NCBI GenBank assembly: GCA_918234285.1
Contig: CAKJXZ020000014.1
Location: forward strand, 1 to 64,000
DNA: 64,000 bases
Direction: 5' to 3'
DNA from: Pseudomonadota bacterium
Lineage (GTDB): Bacteria; Pseudomonadota; Alphaproteobacteria; RF32; CAG-239
Positions 30,240 to 40,119 of this stretch are shown here, one piece after another. Numbering within the stretch: position 1 is the first letter of the stretch; each line of letters starts with the position of its first letter. The notes under the pieces were generated by a model. That model saw only the letters and a program-made list of their open reading frames with translations. It had not been told where the DNA came from and did no database searches. A program made the position numbers and the translations under genes.

Positions 30240-31596
30240 GATTACGGATACGATAGAAATCCATGACGGTGTAGCGCTGATGATCGGGCGGCACGATGAT
30301 GCCTACGGTCCGAATATTACGCCGCGCGGCGCGATGTTTGCTTATGCCATGGGCAAATACGGAGCGGAATATTTCAGAATCGATCCGCCGGAGATGATTG
30401 TGCATTCGCCGGTATCGCGGGCACGTAATACGGCATTGATGCACCGTAACACCATGATTTTCAACGAGATGGGTAATCCGGAAATGTCGACGGATATGCG
30501 CCTGCATGAAAAAGCCGGTGGTGAGATGATGTGTCTGGCGGCGGAAGAGGCCATTCGCTATGCAGGGAATATGGGTTATAAAACCGTTGAAATTATCACT
30601 CACTCCGATTCTCCTTTCAGTATTGCCCAACATTTCGGCGGTTATAACAGCAGCGGCTTAAGCTACGGCGGTATGGTAGTGCTTAAAGCCGACAACTGGG
30701 ATGATATGCTGAACAAAAAAACATACGGACAGTCATTTGTTAACAGTTCGCAAGAATTGGCGCGCGTAGTTTTGGGTAATTTGGCGGTTGATGTACTCAA
30801 TGTTATGAGCATGCCGGATAATTCGTCGTATGTGGATGCATTACACAGAAATGAAGAAGCGCGAGAAATTTGGCGAAAAGCCGGCATACAAGATTATTTC
30901 GGACTTGAGCAAAAGCTTAATGCGATTATTCAGGCCAAAGCAAAAGAATCGCCGGAATGGCTTATAAAGGCGCTTAATGGCGAAGAAGTCGAATCGGTGG
31001 TGGCGCCGGATGAGTTTATGCAAATGTATGATGCCTATAAATATTGGCTGCAAAATATGGCACTGGCAGTCGGAATTAATCCGTGCGAATCGACCGACAG
31101 TCGGTTGTATGATGAAAACGGTAAATTCAGATATATTTGGGGCAGCACGCAATCCAAAATGATGGACAAACTGGGGGGACTTAATAGGCGGGTGCGTACG
31201 CTTTCGGCGGCACTTTCCGATGATGACCAAGATTATCTGTACCCGATTTTGAATGCGGCAGTACAAAAAATGGAAGGCAAACGCTATACGGAGCGCAAGG
31301 CCAGAGTGGCCGGGCATGCCGGCAGTATCGGTCTTAATGTTCCGGGATATACCGATATGATGCAGCCGGAGAAGTTCAGCCCGGAATTTGATTCGGGTAA
31401 GAAGGATTCTTATAAGAGGGAAGAAACCGAGGACCATCCGCTGTTGCACGCCTTGTTGGCGGCCAGAATGCGGGCGGTGGCACGTAAAGAAGCGGCAGAA
31501 AAGGCGGAGGCGCAAAGAAGCGCTCCGACACCGAGCGGAAACGCTCCGTCGGCGGCGGATATTGCTTTGAATAAAGGCGGCAACGACGGGAAATAA
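30223..31596 (+). CDS. Histidine phosphatase (SixA-like) domain protein with unknown C-terminal half
   Basis: IGRHD, HSPVSRARNTA and IITHS supply the R-H...R...H catalytic set. Confidence 0.7.
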   Translation: MITMVKITDTIEIHDGVALMIGRHDDAYGPNITPRGAMFAYAMGKYGAEYFRIDPPEMIVHSPVSRARNTALMHRNTMIFNEMGNPEMSTDMRLHEKAGGEMMCLAAEEAIRYAGNMGYKTVEIITHSDSPFSIAQHFGGYNSSGLSYGGMVVLKADNWDDMLNKKTYGQSFVNSSQELARVVLGNLAVDVLNVMSMPDNSSYVDALHRNEEAREIWRKAGIQDYFGLEQKLNAIIQAKAKESPEWLIKALNGEEVESVVAPDEFMQMYDAYKYWLQNMALAVGINPCESTDSRLYDENGKFRYIWGSTQSKMMDKLGGLNRRVRTLSAALSDDDQDYLYPILNAAVQKMEGKRYTERKARVAGHAGSIGLNVPGYTDMMQPEKFSPEFDSGKKDSYKREETEDHPLLHALLAARMRAVARKEAAEKAEAQRSAPTPSGNAPSAADIALNKGGNDGK

Positions 31597-31621
31597 TATT
31601 ATATAGATAAGGAGAACGGTA

Positions 31622-34600
31622 ATGGCCGAGCACAAGTGTATTGAATTGAACGAAAAACTCACAGAAGACGGGCTCTTTAATTTTTACACCTTGTATGATA
31701 TAGATGATGAAGAATTCGGCTATCTGAAGAAAGATAAATTCTATTTGGATGCGGCCAAGAAGACCTTTGATATAGCCAATTATGCCGAGAGAGAAGACCC
31801 GGCCGATGAAGTTGCCTTATTGAAAACAGCCAGGTGGAAGCCGGAGAAAGAGGATGACGGTCATGCCATTTCCGAATTGTTTGATGCCGAAAGTATTCTG
31901 CGCGAATCGGTTAAGCGCGACGGCGGTAAGAATTTCACCAAACTTCTTAAAGAGGAAATGGAACATGATAATTATCTCCCTGTCGAATATTTAGAATATT
32001 TGGCTCAGCATGAATTTGCCGCCGAAATATTGGCCGCAAATCCGGATATTGTTGCTGCCGCAAAAGAATCGTTCAATGTTTATAATTGCGGTTTCAGGGC
32101 TAATTATGCTGTATTTGAAACCAGCATGAAAAACTATGCGGAGAAACTCGAAAAAATTGCCGACAGTGAGGTGTTTAAGCCGTATTTTGACGCGCGACGA
32201 CAAATAGAAGAATCGCAAAAATTAGATAGAAACGATGCTTGGGCGAAGGGATTGGCGGCATCGGAGAAAAGATTGTCTTTCATTCAATTGGAAATTTATT
32301 TTAATGAAATTGTTAAGGCTTTACCGACGCATCCGGAGTTAATTCCGTTGGTGGCCAACAGTCTTAATGTTAAGCGCAGTGACTATCCTTCTGATTGGCA
32401 TTACGACAGCGACTTTGAATCCGCCAAGGAAGAAGCCAAAAAATTAAGAGAATCCGGCAAGTTGACCTATGAATGCTATGTGGCCGCCATGAAAGCCGAT
32501 AAGCTGGAATATGCCGAGTTTAAGGACCGCGAGGAAATCATCAAAACATATTTGCAGCAAAAGGATTTGAATATCTTTGAACTCAAAAATTGTCTGGAGA
32601 TTAACAGTCAAATTACCGAGGAATTTATCCGCAGCGTTCCGGAAATTCGCGAGCGGGTGGAAAAGTTGTTTGAGAATCCGCGCAATTATAAAGTGCAGGA
32701 GCAATTTAACGATTCACCGACGCTCAATAAGTTTTTTAATGTGTCGGAAAAGTTGGCTGTTGCCGAAAAGAATTTGCGCAAGATGAGCGGCGGCGAAGTG
32801 TTTGATATTTTAACGCAAAGCGTAAATGATATCCCGGAAGCGCGCGAGGCGAAGCGACAAATGCTGATGCTGCAGAAATATTTCAACCAAACGAAAGGTT
32901 TGAGCGAATACAGCCCGGGGGCGGATTTGTATAATTCCTATTATAATGACGGCAAACGCTGGGGGAGTTTGAATCCGCTGCTTAACGATGTCGGCACTTA
33001 TAAATGTTCGCCGGAAATGGCCGCGGTTTTGGAAGAGCGTATTGCCCGCATATTTGCCCATCATAACTATCACGACATACCGCGCCATGTGGCCAGATAC
33101 AGCTTTATAAGCGGTGCCGGAATGGAGCATTTTGCCAAAGAGATGACAAAGGCACTGATTAAAAATCCGGATTCTTATCAATCCAAGTTTTATTTGAAAT
33201 ATTCGCAATATGTGTTGAATCAATGGCAGCAATTCAAGAGCTCTTACGGAGATATGGCGACGAAGGTGGTACCGGAGATGATTAAAAGAGGGCGCCTCGA
33301 CATTTCTGAAAAGATTTTGTACGATATGAACACGGCAAGAGGCAGAATAAAGGAATGGACGTCGGAAAATATGAGAAAAGAGCTGAAGAAAGACGTCAAC
33401 TCGCCGGTTTCCAAGTATTATCTGGAGCGAATCGAATCATACTTCCCAAGTACCGAAACTTTGGCCGAGGTGGTCGCGGATTTTGTGGCCGCGGATAAAG
33501 GTAAGCATTTGCCGGAAACCGAAAGATTGTGCAAGGCGCTGCTGAAGTTATATAATCATAAAGGCATCATGAAAGAAAATGCTTTAGAATTTGAAAACAG
33601 CTTACTTGATATCTATCAGCACCATAAAGATGCCGACATAGCCGATATGTTAGAAAAGAACAGTAAAGACATTGAAATCAAAGAAGACAAGAGTAAGCAG
33701 CTGTTCGAGTATTATGAAAAATGGCAACATATCGGTTTGAAGGGCTTCGAAAATGTTGTCGATAAGATTTTGGCCGAGACCAAGGAGCTGCATTTGAGCG
33801 ATGCGGCAAAACATGGCAAAAATATAGATTTTACCGCACTGCACGAGAAATTTAAAACGGCCGGGATTGAGGAAATCGAGTGTGACTGCAAAGTATCCGA
33901 ATTGAAGCAGTTGATGCAAGGACATCCGCATTTGAGAAAAATTACCATAAGCTCGAAGGCGGGATTGGATGACATACCGGAAATAATCGCCGGTTGTCCG
34001 AATTTGGAAGAAATACGACATTATACTGACGGAAAACACAGCAAGCAGGACACACAGAAGTTATATGAGTATCTGATGACAAGCCGACCGGAAAGATTAT
34101 TTGACGTTGACTATACATTCACATATGAACAAGCCCGAAATCTGATGGAAAAATATCTGACGCTGACGGTGGAAGTCAAATACGGCGAGAGTAAAGAATA
34201 TGAGGCGCTGATGGAGTTACGCAAACGCAATGAGCATATTCGAGAGATTTTTCGCGGTTATAATATGGATGGCGATGAGGCAAAAATTACCGATGACAAA
34301 ACACTTAAAAAGGTGATTCAAAGCAAAGGTTTGGCGGAGTGTCTGGAGATTATACCGGAAGAAAGACGTCCGAGTTTTGAGAAGCTATGCAGTTCGATGG
34401 ACGGTTTCCATGACGCGGTTAAGAAAAGTTACGGCAACGCGTATAGCAAAGTTATTGCCAAAGTTGCAGGTTTGACCGGTGCCGTCGATTTCAAAAACGA
34501 GATAGAATTGCGGCAGGCAATCGCCAAAGATAAGGTTATGGAATTTTTGAACGGATTTGCCGATGATAAGCGACCGAACGTTAAGTTGCTGAACGGACAT

Positions 34601-34855
34601 CAGGTTGACGACGCTACGCCGTTTGAGAACTTGGCCAAGAAAAAGAAAAACCGGGTGGAATTGGCGGCGGTAATTGAAGCCTTTAGGCCGAGCGATAATG
34701 ATTTGGACGCTTTGGCGGCCGGTAGCACTGCCAAATCAACTTTGCGCGGGGTGGTTGAATATGTTAAATCAGAGCGGCAGGAAAAAGTCCGGAAAGAAAA
34801 GGAAAAAGCCAGGTTTGCACAGTGGAAGGCCAAAAATATTCGTGACGATAAATAA
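31622..34855 (+). CDS. Giant orphan helical protein with late LRR-like segment (paralogue A)
   Basis: 1077 aa, AAGGAG SD; collinear similarity to the next gene (ESVKRDGGKN/ESLQKDGGKN, KALPTHPE/KALPEHPE, TLNKFF). Confidence 0.8.
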   Translation: MAEHKCIELNEKLTEDGLFNFYTLYDIDDEEFGYLKKDKFYLDAAKKTFDIANYAEREDPADEVALLKTARWKPEKEDDGHAISELFDAESILRESVKRDGGKNFTKLLKEEMEHDNYLPVEYLEYLAQHEFAAEILAANPDIVAAAKESFNVYNCGFRANYAVFETSMKNYAEKLEKIADSEVFKPYFDARRQIEESQKLDRNDAWAKGLAASEKRLSFIQLEIYFNEIVKALPTHPELIPLVANSLNVKRSDYPSDWHYDSDFESAKEEAKKLRESGKLTYECYVAAMKADKLEYAEFKDREEIIKTYLQQKDLNIFELKNCLEINSQITEEFIRSVPEIRERVEKLFENPRNYKVQEQFNDSPTLNKFFNVSEKLAVAEKNLRKMSGGEVFDILTQSVNDIPEAREAKRQMLMLQKYFNQTKGLSEYSPGADLYNSYYNDGKRWGSLNPLLNDVGTYKCSPEMAAVLEERIARIFAHHNYHDIPRHVARYSFISGAGMEHFAKEMTKALIKNPDSYQSKFYLKYSQYVLNQWQQFKSSYGDMATKVVPEMIKRGRLDISEKILYDMNTARGRIKEWTSENMRKELKKDVNSPVSKYYLERIESYFPSTETLAEVVADFVAADKGKHLPETERLCKALLKLYNHKGIMKENALEFENSLLDIYQHHKDADIADMLEKNSKDIEIKEDKSKQLFEYYEKWQHIGLKGFENVVDKILAETKELHLSDAAKHGKNIDFTALHEKFKTAGIEEIECDCKVSELKQLMQGHPHLRKITISSKAGLDDIPEIIAGCPNLEEIRHYTDGKHSKQDTQKLYEYLMTSRPERLFDVDYTFTYEQARNLMEKYLTLTVEVKYGESKEYEALMELRKRNEHIREIFRGYNMDGDEAKITDDKTLKKVIQSKGLAECLEIIPEERRPSFEKLCSSMDGFHDAVKKSYGNAYSKVIAKVAGLTGAVDFKNEIELRQAIAKDKVMEFLNGFADDKRPNVKLLNGHQVDDATPFENLAKKKKNRVELAAVIEAFRPSDNDLDALAAGSTAKSTLRGVVEYVKSERQEKVRKEKEKARFAQWKAKNIRDDK

Positions 34856-34867
34856 GGAGTGCGTAAC

Positions 34868-37800
34868 ATGGATAATTATAAATTATGGAAAAAATTAAAA
34901 GATCAGGCGGCAAAACAAGGGTATGTCGATTATATCGGCTTTCTGCATCTTGATACCGACTTTATTAATGAAAAATTGCCGAAAGATGCGCAGATGTTGG
35001 AGGTAGTTAAGAAAACTGTCGATATTGCCACCTATGATGATACGGAAGAAGGTGTTGATGAATGCCACTTATTAAGTATGGTAGAAATTGCCAAGAAATT
35101 TTGCAATGCCGAGGAAATTTTTAACGAATCGTTGCAAAAAGACGGCGGTAAAAATTTGGAAAAACAGTTGCGCCGTGGGGCAAAAGCACAAGGCGGCTCT
35201 TCCGGTTTTTTATACGATATGATGTACTATATAGGAGATAATCCGTTTTTTGATAAGGTATTGGCGGAGAATCCGGATATAGTCGAAGGTTTGAAAAAGT
35301 ATTTTGATGTAACCATGAGCGGGTTGACGGGTGATAAAAAATTAGATGACGAGCTGGAAGAAGATTATATTAGTTCGGTTATCAAGATTGCCGACAGCGG
35401 AAAATTGGCGCCGTATTTTGACGCATATGCGATAATGAACGCTACAATGGAATTAAACGAAAAAGAGAAGTTTTTGCGTCGTATGCAAAATTCAGCCGCT
35501 AGACATGACGGAAAGTTGACGCCGGGAATACTTAAAAAACGTATAGATGAAATTTTGAAAGCATTGCCGGAGCATCCGGAGATTCTGCCGATAATTGAAA
35601 AGAGCTTTGTTTTGGACAGTAAGGAGAAGCGTAGAGAAAGATACAAATACACCGACGACGATTCTGCATATGAGTATGTAAATGAATCATATGAAGCAGA
35701 TGAAACAGCGCTCGCAACAATTTGGGAACGCGGGTTGCTGAATGAGTTCTTCAACGTTGAAAAAGCGTTGGAACACGGCAAACTCGGCGGCAAAGAGGGT
35801 TTGGCTTATGATGATAAGGAACGAATTGTCAATTTATATTTGCAGCGCGACGATTTGAACATATATCAGTTGCGAGCCTGTCTGGCAATTAGCCGAAGCG
35901 CGACGGAATGGGCGATTCACGACCATCCGGAAATCAAAGAGCGTGTCAATAAAATGCTGGAAGGTGCTCAATCGTATAAGTTGTTGCAGAGCTTTGCCGA
36001 CGATGCTACCCTGAATAAGTTTTTTGATATGAAAGAAAGATTCGAGCGCTCGGCCGAGGCGGTGCAACAGCTGAGCGGCAAGGAAGTATATACGATTTTT
36101 ACCACGCCGGAAAGCGAAATTCCGGAAGCGGCGGAGATGAATCGGCAATACCGGATAATTAAAAAATATCTCGAACAAACCAAGGATTTGAGTAATTACA
36201 GTTTTAATGACGATTTGTGTTACACCAGTTTTCGTAAAGACGAACGTTGGGTCGAAGACGGCGGGCTGAACGAGCTTTTGCAAGATGCCGGCACCTTTAA
36301 GGGAGCGCCGGAAATAACGCAAATGGTCGATGAATGTATCGGTCGGATTTTCGCTCACTATATCTATGATACTCAGGGCAGAAAATCGCGGTTTAACTAT
36401 ATAAGTACGTGCGGAATTGATGAGTTTGCCAAGAACATGAAAGAAGAAGTAACAGCCGACCCGGATTCGCCTAAAGCGCAATTTTATTTGAAGTATGCCT
36501 CGATAGTATTGGACCAGTACACTTCGTTCGACCGTACGTATATTGAGACGGCTGCGGTTTTGCTGCCGGAAATGGCAGAAAGAGGTCGGTTTGACGTTTG
36601 CAAACAAATCTTTATGGGGATGAAACAGGCGGACGGATATTACAGCGGTGCCAACACCTGGTGTTTGGAAAATATGCAAAAAGTGCTGTCGTCCGCGGAA
36701 ACCGAAAAGCCGCTGTTTAAGTTTTATTTGCAAAATGCCAAAGAATTTTGTTCGACAATCGACCAATATTTGGAATTTGCCGCGGTACTCGTCGGCAAAG
36801 ATATGAATGCGCATCCGGAAATCACCGCTCAATTGGGCAAGGAAATCGGCGAGATGTATAAAGAAATGACGCCGGAAAATCCGCAAAAATGTGCCGATAA
36901 ACTGGCGCGTATTTATCAATATTATCCGGCGCCGGAATTTGCCGAGATTATTGCCGAGGACAGCAAACCTTTGGAACTGAAGGAAGAAAATTTGTGCACG
37001 TACTACACCAATTGGATATGTACCGGTCAGCAGAATTTTTCGGACGCGGTGGAACGTATCCTGGCCAGACAGGGAAAGTTTGTTTATGATCCGCAGGACG
37101 GTATTGATTATAAGCCGTTGTTGGAGCGGATTAAGCAGTCCGATATTAAGGAAATAGTAGTGCGTAAGCTGTTGCCGTCGCAAGATACCGATTTTGCCCT
37201 GAGCGGTTATAAAAAGCTGGAAAAGATAAATTTCGGTGATTGCGTGGGTGTAATCAATGCCGAGGCGCTGTTTGATAATCCATCCTTGAAGATAATTGAA
37301 AAAGAATACGACGGGAAGATTACCGTTAATAATCTGGAAAAGCTGTTTGGTGATGCTTTGCCGAGTTTGGAGGAGTTCAAACTGCGGCCGACGGTTATAC
37401 CGGAGCAGGAAGAAGCATTATATAATCTTTTGATGCAGCAAAAACCGGAGAGCTTGCACACGTTATGTTATGACTTTGCTAAAGAAAAAGCCATGAATCT
37501 GATGTACAAAAATATACTGTTGGTGGTGAACAGCCAAAATATGGATACCTATCGTGATTCTCTGATATCGCGCAACGAGCAGTTTATCAGCTTCCATAAA
37601 GGTGAGAGGTCGTTGGAGCAACGCTATGTACTGGATTACGCGATTAGTGACAAAAGATTGGTCGAAGCTTTGTCTGTCATACCGCCGGAAAAACGGCCGA
37701 CGTTGCAACAGATGGAGGAAACGTTTGACTCCGAAAATCCGAACAAACTGCATGAGCGTATCAAAGAGAGTTACGGCGAAGACCGGTATCAGGAGGTTAT

Positions 37801-38218
37801 ACAACAAGTGAGGAATTTGACGGCCGGCAATGAAGTTAAATTGAGTCTTGATTTGCAACTGGCTTGTCGCAACCACGTGTTCATCGAACATCTGCGGGAG
37901 CTGCCGGCGGAGAAGCGGCCGAAGCTTTCCGAACTGTTTGCAGCCGTTAACTCGCAAATTATCAATGGTACTATTGCCGATAATTTGCTCGGAGAAGACG
38001 GGAAGGCCAACCGAGAAACCTGGCAGCGAATCATTGATATATTGAAGCCGAGCGACGAAGAAATCATTAATACGACCAAGATGAAAAAATGTTCCGCAGA
38101 AATGAAGGAAATACTTGACAGTGTGCGTACGTTGCGCAAAGATCTCAAAGAGATGGTCGTAAAAGAAAAGCGACGTTCCGCTTTCGAAAGTTGGAAGAAA
38201 AACAATACAAAAGATTAG
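34868..38218 (+). CDS. Giant orphan helical protein with late LRR-like segment (paralogue B)
   Basis: About 1116 aa from ATG 34868 with AAGGAG SD; KKLEKINF, PSLKIIE and PSLEEFKL LRR-like strands. Confidence 0.8.
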   Translation: MDNYKLWKKLKDQAAKQGYVDYIGFLHLDTDFINEKLPKDAQMLEVVKKTVDIATYDDTEEGVDECHLLSMVEIAKKFCNAEEIFNESLQKDGGKNLEKQLRRGAKAQGGSSGFLYDMMYYIGDNPFFDKVLAENPDIVEGLKKYFDVTMSGLTGDKKLDDELEEDYISSVIKIADSGKLAPYFDAYAIMNATMELNEKEKFLRRMQNSAARHDGKLTPGILKKRIDEILKALPEHPEILPIIEKSFVLDSKEKRRERYKYTDDDSAYEYVNESYEADETALATIWERGLLNEFFNVEKALEHGKLGGKEGLAYDDKERIVNLYLQRDDLNIYQLRACLAISRSATEWAIHDHPEIKERVNKMLEGAQSYKLLQSFADDATLNKFFDMKERFERSAEAVQQLSGKEVYTIFTTPESEIPEAAEMNRQYRIIKKYLEQTKDLSNYSFNDDLCYTSFRKDERWVEDGGLNELLQDAGTFKGAPEITQMVDECIGRIFAHYIYDTQGRKSRFNYISTCGIDEFAKNMKEEVTADPDSPKAQFYLKYASIVLDQYTSFDRTYIETAAVLLPEMAERGRFDVCKQIFMGMKQADGYYSGANTWCLENMQKVLSSAETEKPLFKFYLQNAKEFCSTIDQYLEFAAVLVGKDMNAHPEITAQLGKEIGEMYKEMTPENPQKCADKLARIYQYYPAPEFAEIIAEDSKPLELKEENLCTYYTNWICTGQQNFSDAVERILARQGKFVYDPQDGIDYKPLLERIKQSDIKEIVVRKLLPSQDTDFALSGYKKLEKINFGDCVGVINAEALFDNPSLKIIEKEYDGKITVNNLEKLFGDALPSLEEFKLRPTVIPEQEEALYNLLMQQKPESLHTLCYDFAKEKAMNLMYKNILLVVNSQNMDTYRDSLISRNEQFISFHKGERSLEQRYVLDYAISDKRLVEALSVIPPEKRPTLQQMEETFDSENPNKLHERIKESYGEDRYQEVIQQVRNLTAGNEVKLSLDLQLACRNHVFIEHLRELPAEKRPKLSELFAAVNSQIINGTIADNLLGEDGKANRETWQRIIDILKPSDEEIINTTKMKKCSAEMKEILDSVRTLRKDLKEMVVKEKRRSAFESWKKNNTKD

Positions 38219-38240
38219 AAATTATTCGGGAAGGTAAACA

Positions 38241-39353
38241 ATGGATTTGAGAGTATATTATAACAGTTACGGGCAAAGGGTGCCTTTGGGAGTTTTATCT
38301 GACCGTGATGAGAGATATATTTTTGAGTACGATGCCGGGTTCGAATACAGAGAAATCGATGTGTGTCCGTTGTTTCCGTCAGCCGAGGTGCTAAAGATAA
38401 AAGGCACTAGAAATATGTTGCCGTGTTTGTTTTGGGACTTTTTGCCGTCGGGGTTTAATGCCGAAGTTTTGTATAAATTGAGTTCAGCGACAATTCCGCT
38501 TTTGAAACAGCTGGCAATGCACGGCCGACGCGGTGTCGGCGCATTGGAGTTTGAGCCGGAACTGGCTTATAATTACGAAAAAATACCGGTTGATTTGGAT
38601 ATGATGGAAAGCGATATCCGTTATGAAAACAATTTGAGCCGGCAGTTTCGTTTGTCCGCAGGTATTGCCGGGCATACGCCGAAAGTCGCGGTCAGAGTTT
38701 CAAAGGATAAGCAACAAATTTATGAAGATACCGACGAAGAAAATTTTGCCGATTGGATAATAAAATTGCCGTCGTCGCGGAAAAATCCGCTGGACGGGGT
38801 GGCCGAGTATGTTTATAATAAAATGGCAAAAAAGGCCGGTATTACCGTGCCGCAGTTTCATCTGTTTGATTCAAAAGCGGCGGCCGGATATTTCGGCAGC
38901 AAGCGTTTTGACTATCAAAACGGCGTAAAGCGCCATGTTCTTTCCATCGGCTCGCTGATGAACAAAAACTATTTGTTTGAAAGAATTTACCTCGGTTATT
39001 ATACGGATATTGTTAAAAAAATCGCGCCGGAAGAAATAGAAAAATTGCTGAGATTACTGATATTTGATTTGAAGACCGGCAATGAAGATATTCGCGGCAG
39101 GGGGATTTCCATGATTTTGACCGAAGAAAATAAGTGGATTTTGGCGCCGGCTTATGGTTTGGTGCCGTTCTCTTTGGAAAATGATTATACCCCAAAAATG
39201 CTGAAGAAAGATTACGAAAAAGATGCCGTCGATGCGCTTATTTATGATTTGTGCGAAGCGGCGGAATTTGACTTTGGTGCAACCGCCGAAATGATTGTAC
39301 AGGTTGAGGACGCGGTGGCCAGTTATTCTCGTCTGAGTTTGGAACTTAAATAA
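38241..39353 (+). CDS. HipA-family kinase-like protein, probably catalytically degenerate
   Basis: N-terminal coupled domain (YIFEYD, DFLPSGF, GVGALEFEP), IAGHTPK, WIIKLP, SKRFD, GNED, LAPAYG. Confidence 0.8.
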   Translation: MDLRVYYNSYGQRVPLGVLSDRDERYIFEYDAGFEYREIDVCPLFPSAEVLKIKGTRNMLPCLFWDFLPSGFNAEVLYKLSSATIPLLKQLAMHGRRGVGALEFEPELAYNYEKIPVDLDMMESDIRYENNLSRQFRLSAGIAGHTPKVAVRVSKDKQQIYEDTDEENFADWIIKLPSSRKNPLDGVAEYVYNKMAKKAGITVPQFHLFDSKAAAGYFGSKRFDYQNGVKRHVLSIGSLMNKNYLFERIYLGYYTDIVKKIAPEEIEKLLRLLIFDLKTGNEDIRGRGISMILTEENKWILAPAYGLVPFSLENDYTPKMLKKDYEKDAVDALIYDLCEAAEFDFGATAEMIVQVEDAVASYSRLSLELK

Positions 39354-39422
39354 ATTATATCTGTTTATCAAGATGTTATGTACCGCCGGAAGAGGATCCT
39401 TGTCGGTAAAGGCAAAAATATC

Positions 39423-39450
39423 TTGACATTTTTATTTTTGGAATTATCGT
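39423..39450 (+). promoter_or_regulatory. Promoter of the NAD salvage operon
   Basis: TTGACA-N16-TATCGT; the predicted start near 39456 coincides with the base of the leader hairpin. Confidence 0.6.
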
Positions 39451-39455
39451 AGAAT

Positions 39456-39569
39456 TGTTCTCGGTGCTTGCAGGGCTTATAGGCAGAGAACATTATAAAA
39501 CCGAGCCGGTTTAATGAGATGAAAGTATTTTTATTTTGTTAGCGGCTCCTGTTTAAAGGAGTTTTTTTT
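39456..39569 (+). promoter_or_regulatory. Candidate riboswitch/cis-regulatory RNA, copy 1
   Basis: Stem tgttctc/gagaaca, 2-nt bulge, stem tgcttg/taggca, loop cagggctta; hairpin aaacc-gagcc-ggttt; gagccg/cggctc competes with the SD-sequestering ggctcct/aggagtt plus U-run. Confidence 0.7.
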
Positions 39570-40112
39570 ATGAGTAAATATAAGTATAAACACGGTTTTT
39601 GCATTATGCGTGCCCAGCCGTTTCATATCGGGCACCAAAAAATCATTGATCAGATGTTGAAAGAATGTGAGCGCGTAACGGTGGCTCTGGGGTCGATTCA
39701 GGAACAAGGGACGGCGCGTAACCCGCTCAATTATACTACCCGCAAGAAAATGATTCAGAATATTTATCGCGACAAGCCGGAATACGAGCGGCTCAAAATC
39801 ATCGGGCTGTTTGATATCAATAATCCGGCAGAGTGGGGAGATTTTGTGGTTGATTTCTTGAAAGAAAGTTTTCCGGATTTACCGTTGCCTGAGGCCTATT
39901 ATGCCGGTTCGGAATATGACGCGCACTGGTTTAAAGACCATTTCAAACATATTGTGTTGGTAGATCGTACCGATCCGAATTTTCCGTTTGTGACAGGGAC
40001 TATGGTGCGTGATATGATTAAATTCGGCGACAAGCGTTGGAAAAATTTTGTGGCGCCGGAAAATCATCATCTGGTGGAAGAACATTTTAATAAGAAAAAA
40101 GGTATTGTTTAA
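39570..40112 (+). CDS. NadM-like nicotinamide/nicotinate mononucleotide adenylyltransferase
   Basis: MRAQPFHIGH (HxGH), LGS, RNPLNYTTRKKMI, TGTMVR; NAD operon context. Confidence 0.82.
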   Translation: MSKYKYKHGFCIMRAQPFHIGHQKIIDQMLKECERVTVALGSIQEQGTARNPLNYTTRKKMIQNIYRDKPEYERLKIIGLFDINNPAEWGDFVVDFLKESFPDLPLPEAYYAGSEYDAHWFKDHFKHIVLVDRTDPNFPFVTGTMVRDMIKFGDKRWKNFVAPENHHLVEEHFNKKKGIV

Positions 40113-40119
40113 TTTTACG

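Noticed and set aside
35834-37183. 449-aa antisense ORF and similar long antisense ORFs (28254..29384, 54434..55579, 11604..12371)
   Set aside because: They are shadows of well-supported genes on the other strand, with no motifs of their own.
39456-39512. Pistol/twister ribozyme or NrtR/NiaR operator as the explanation for the NAD leader motif
   Set aside because: I did not see the conserved catalytic-core nucleotides of those ribozymes. G-U pairs, bulges and stem covariation fit an RNA structure rather than a DNA operator palindrome.
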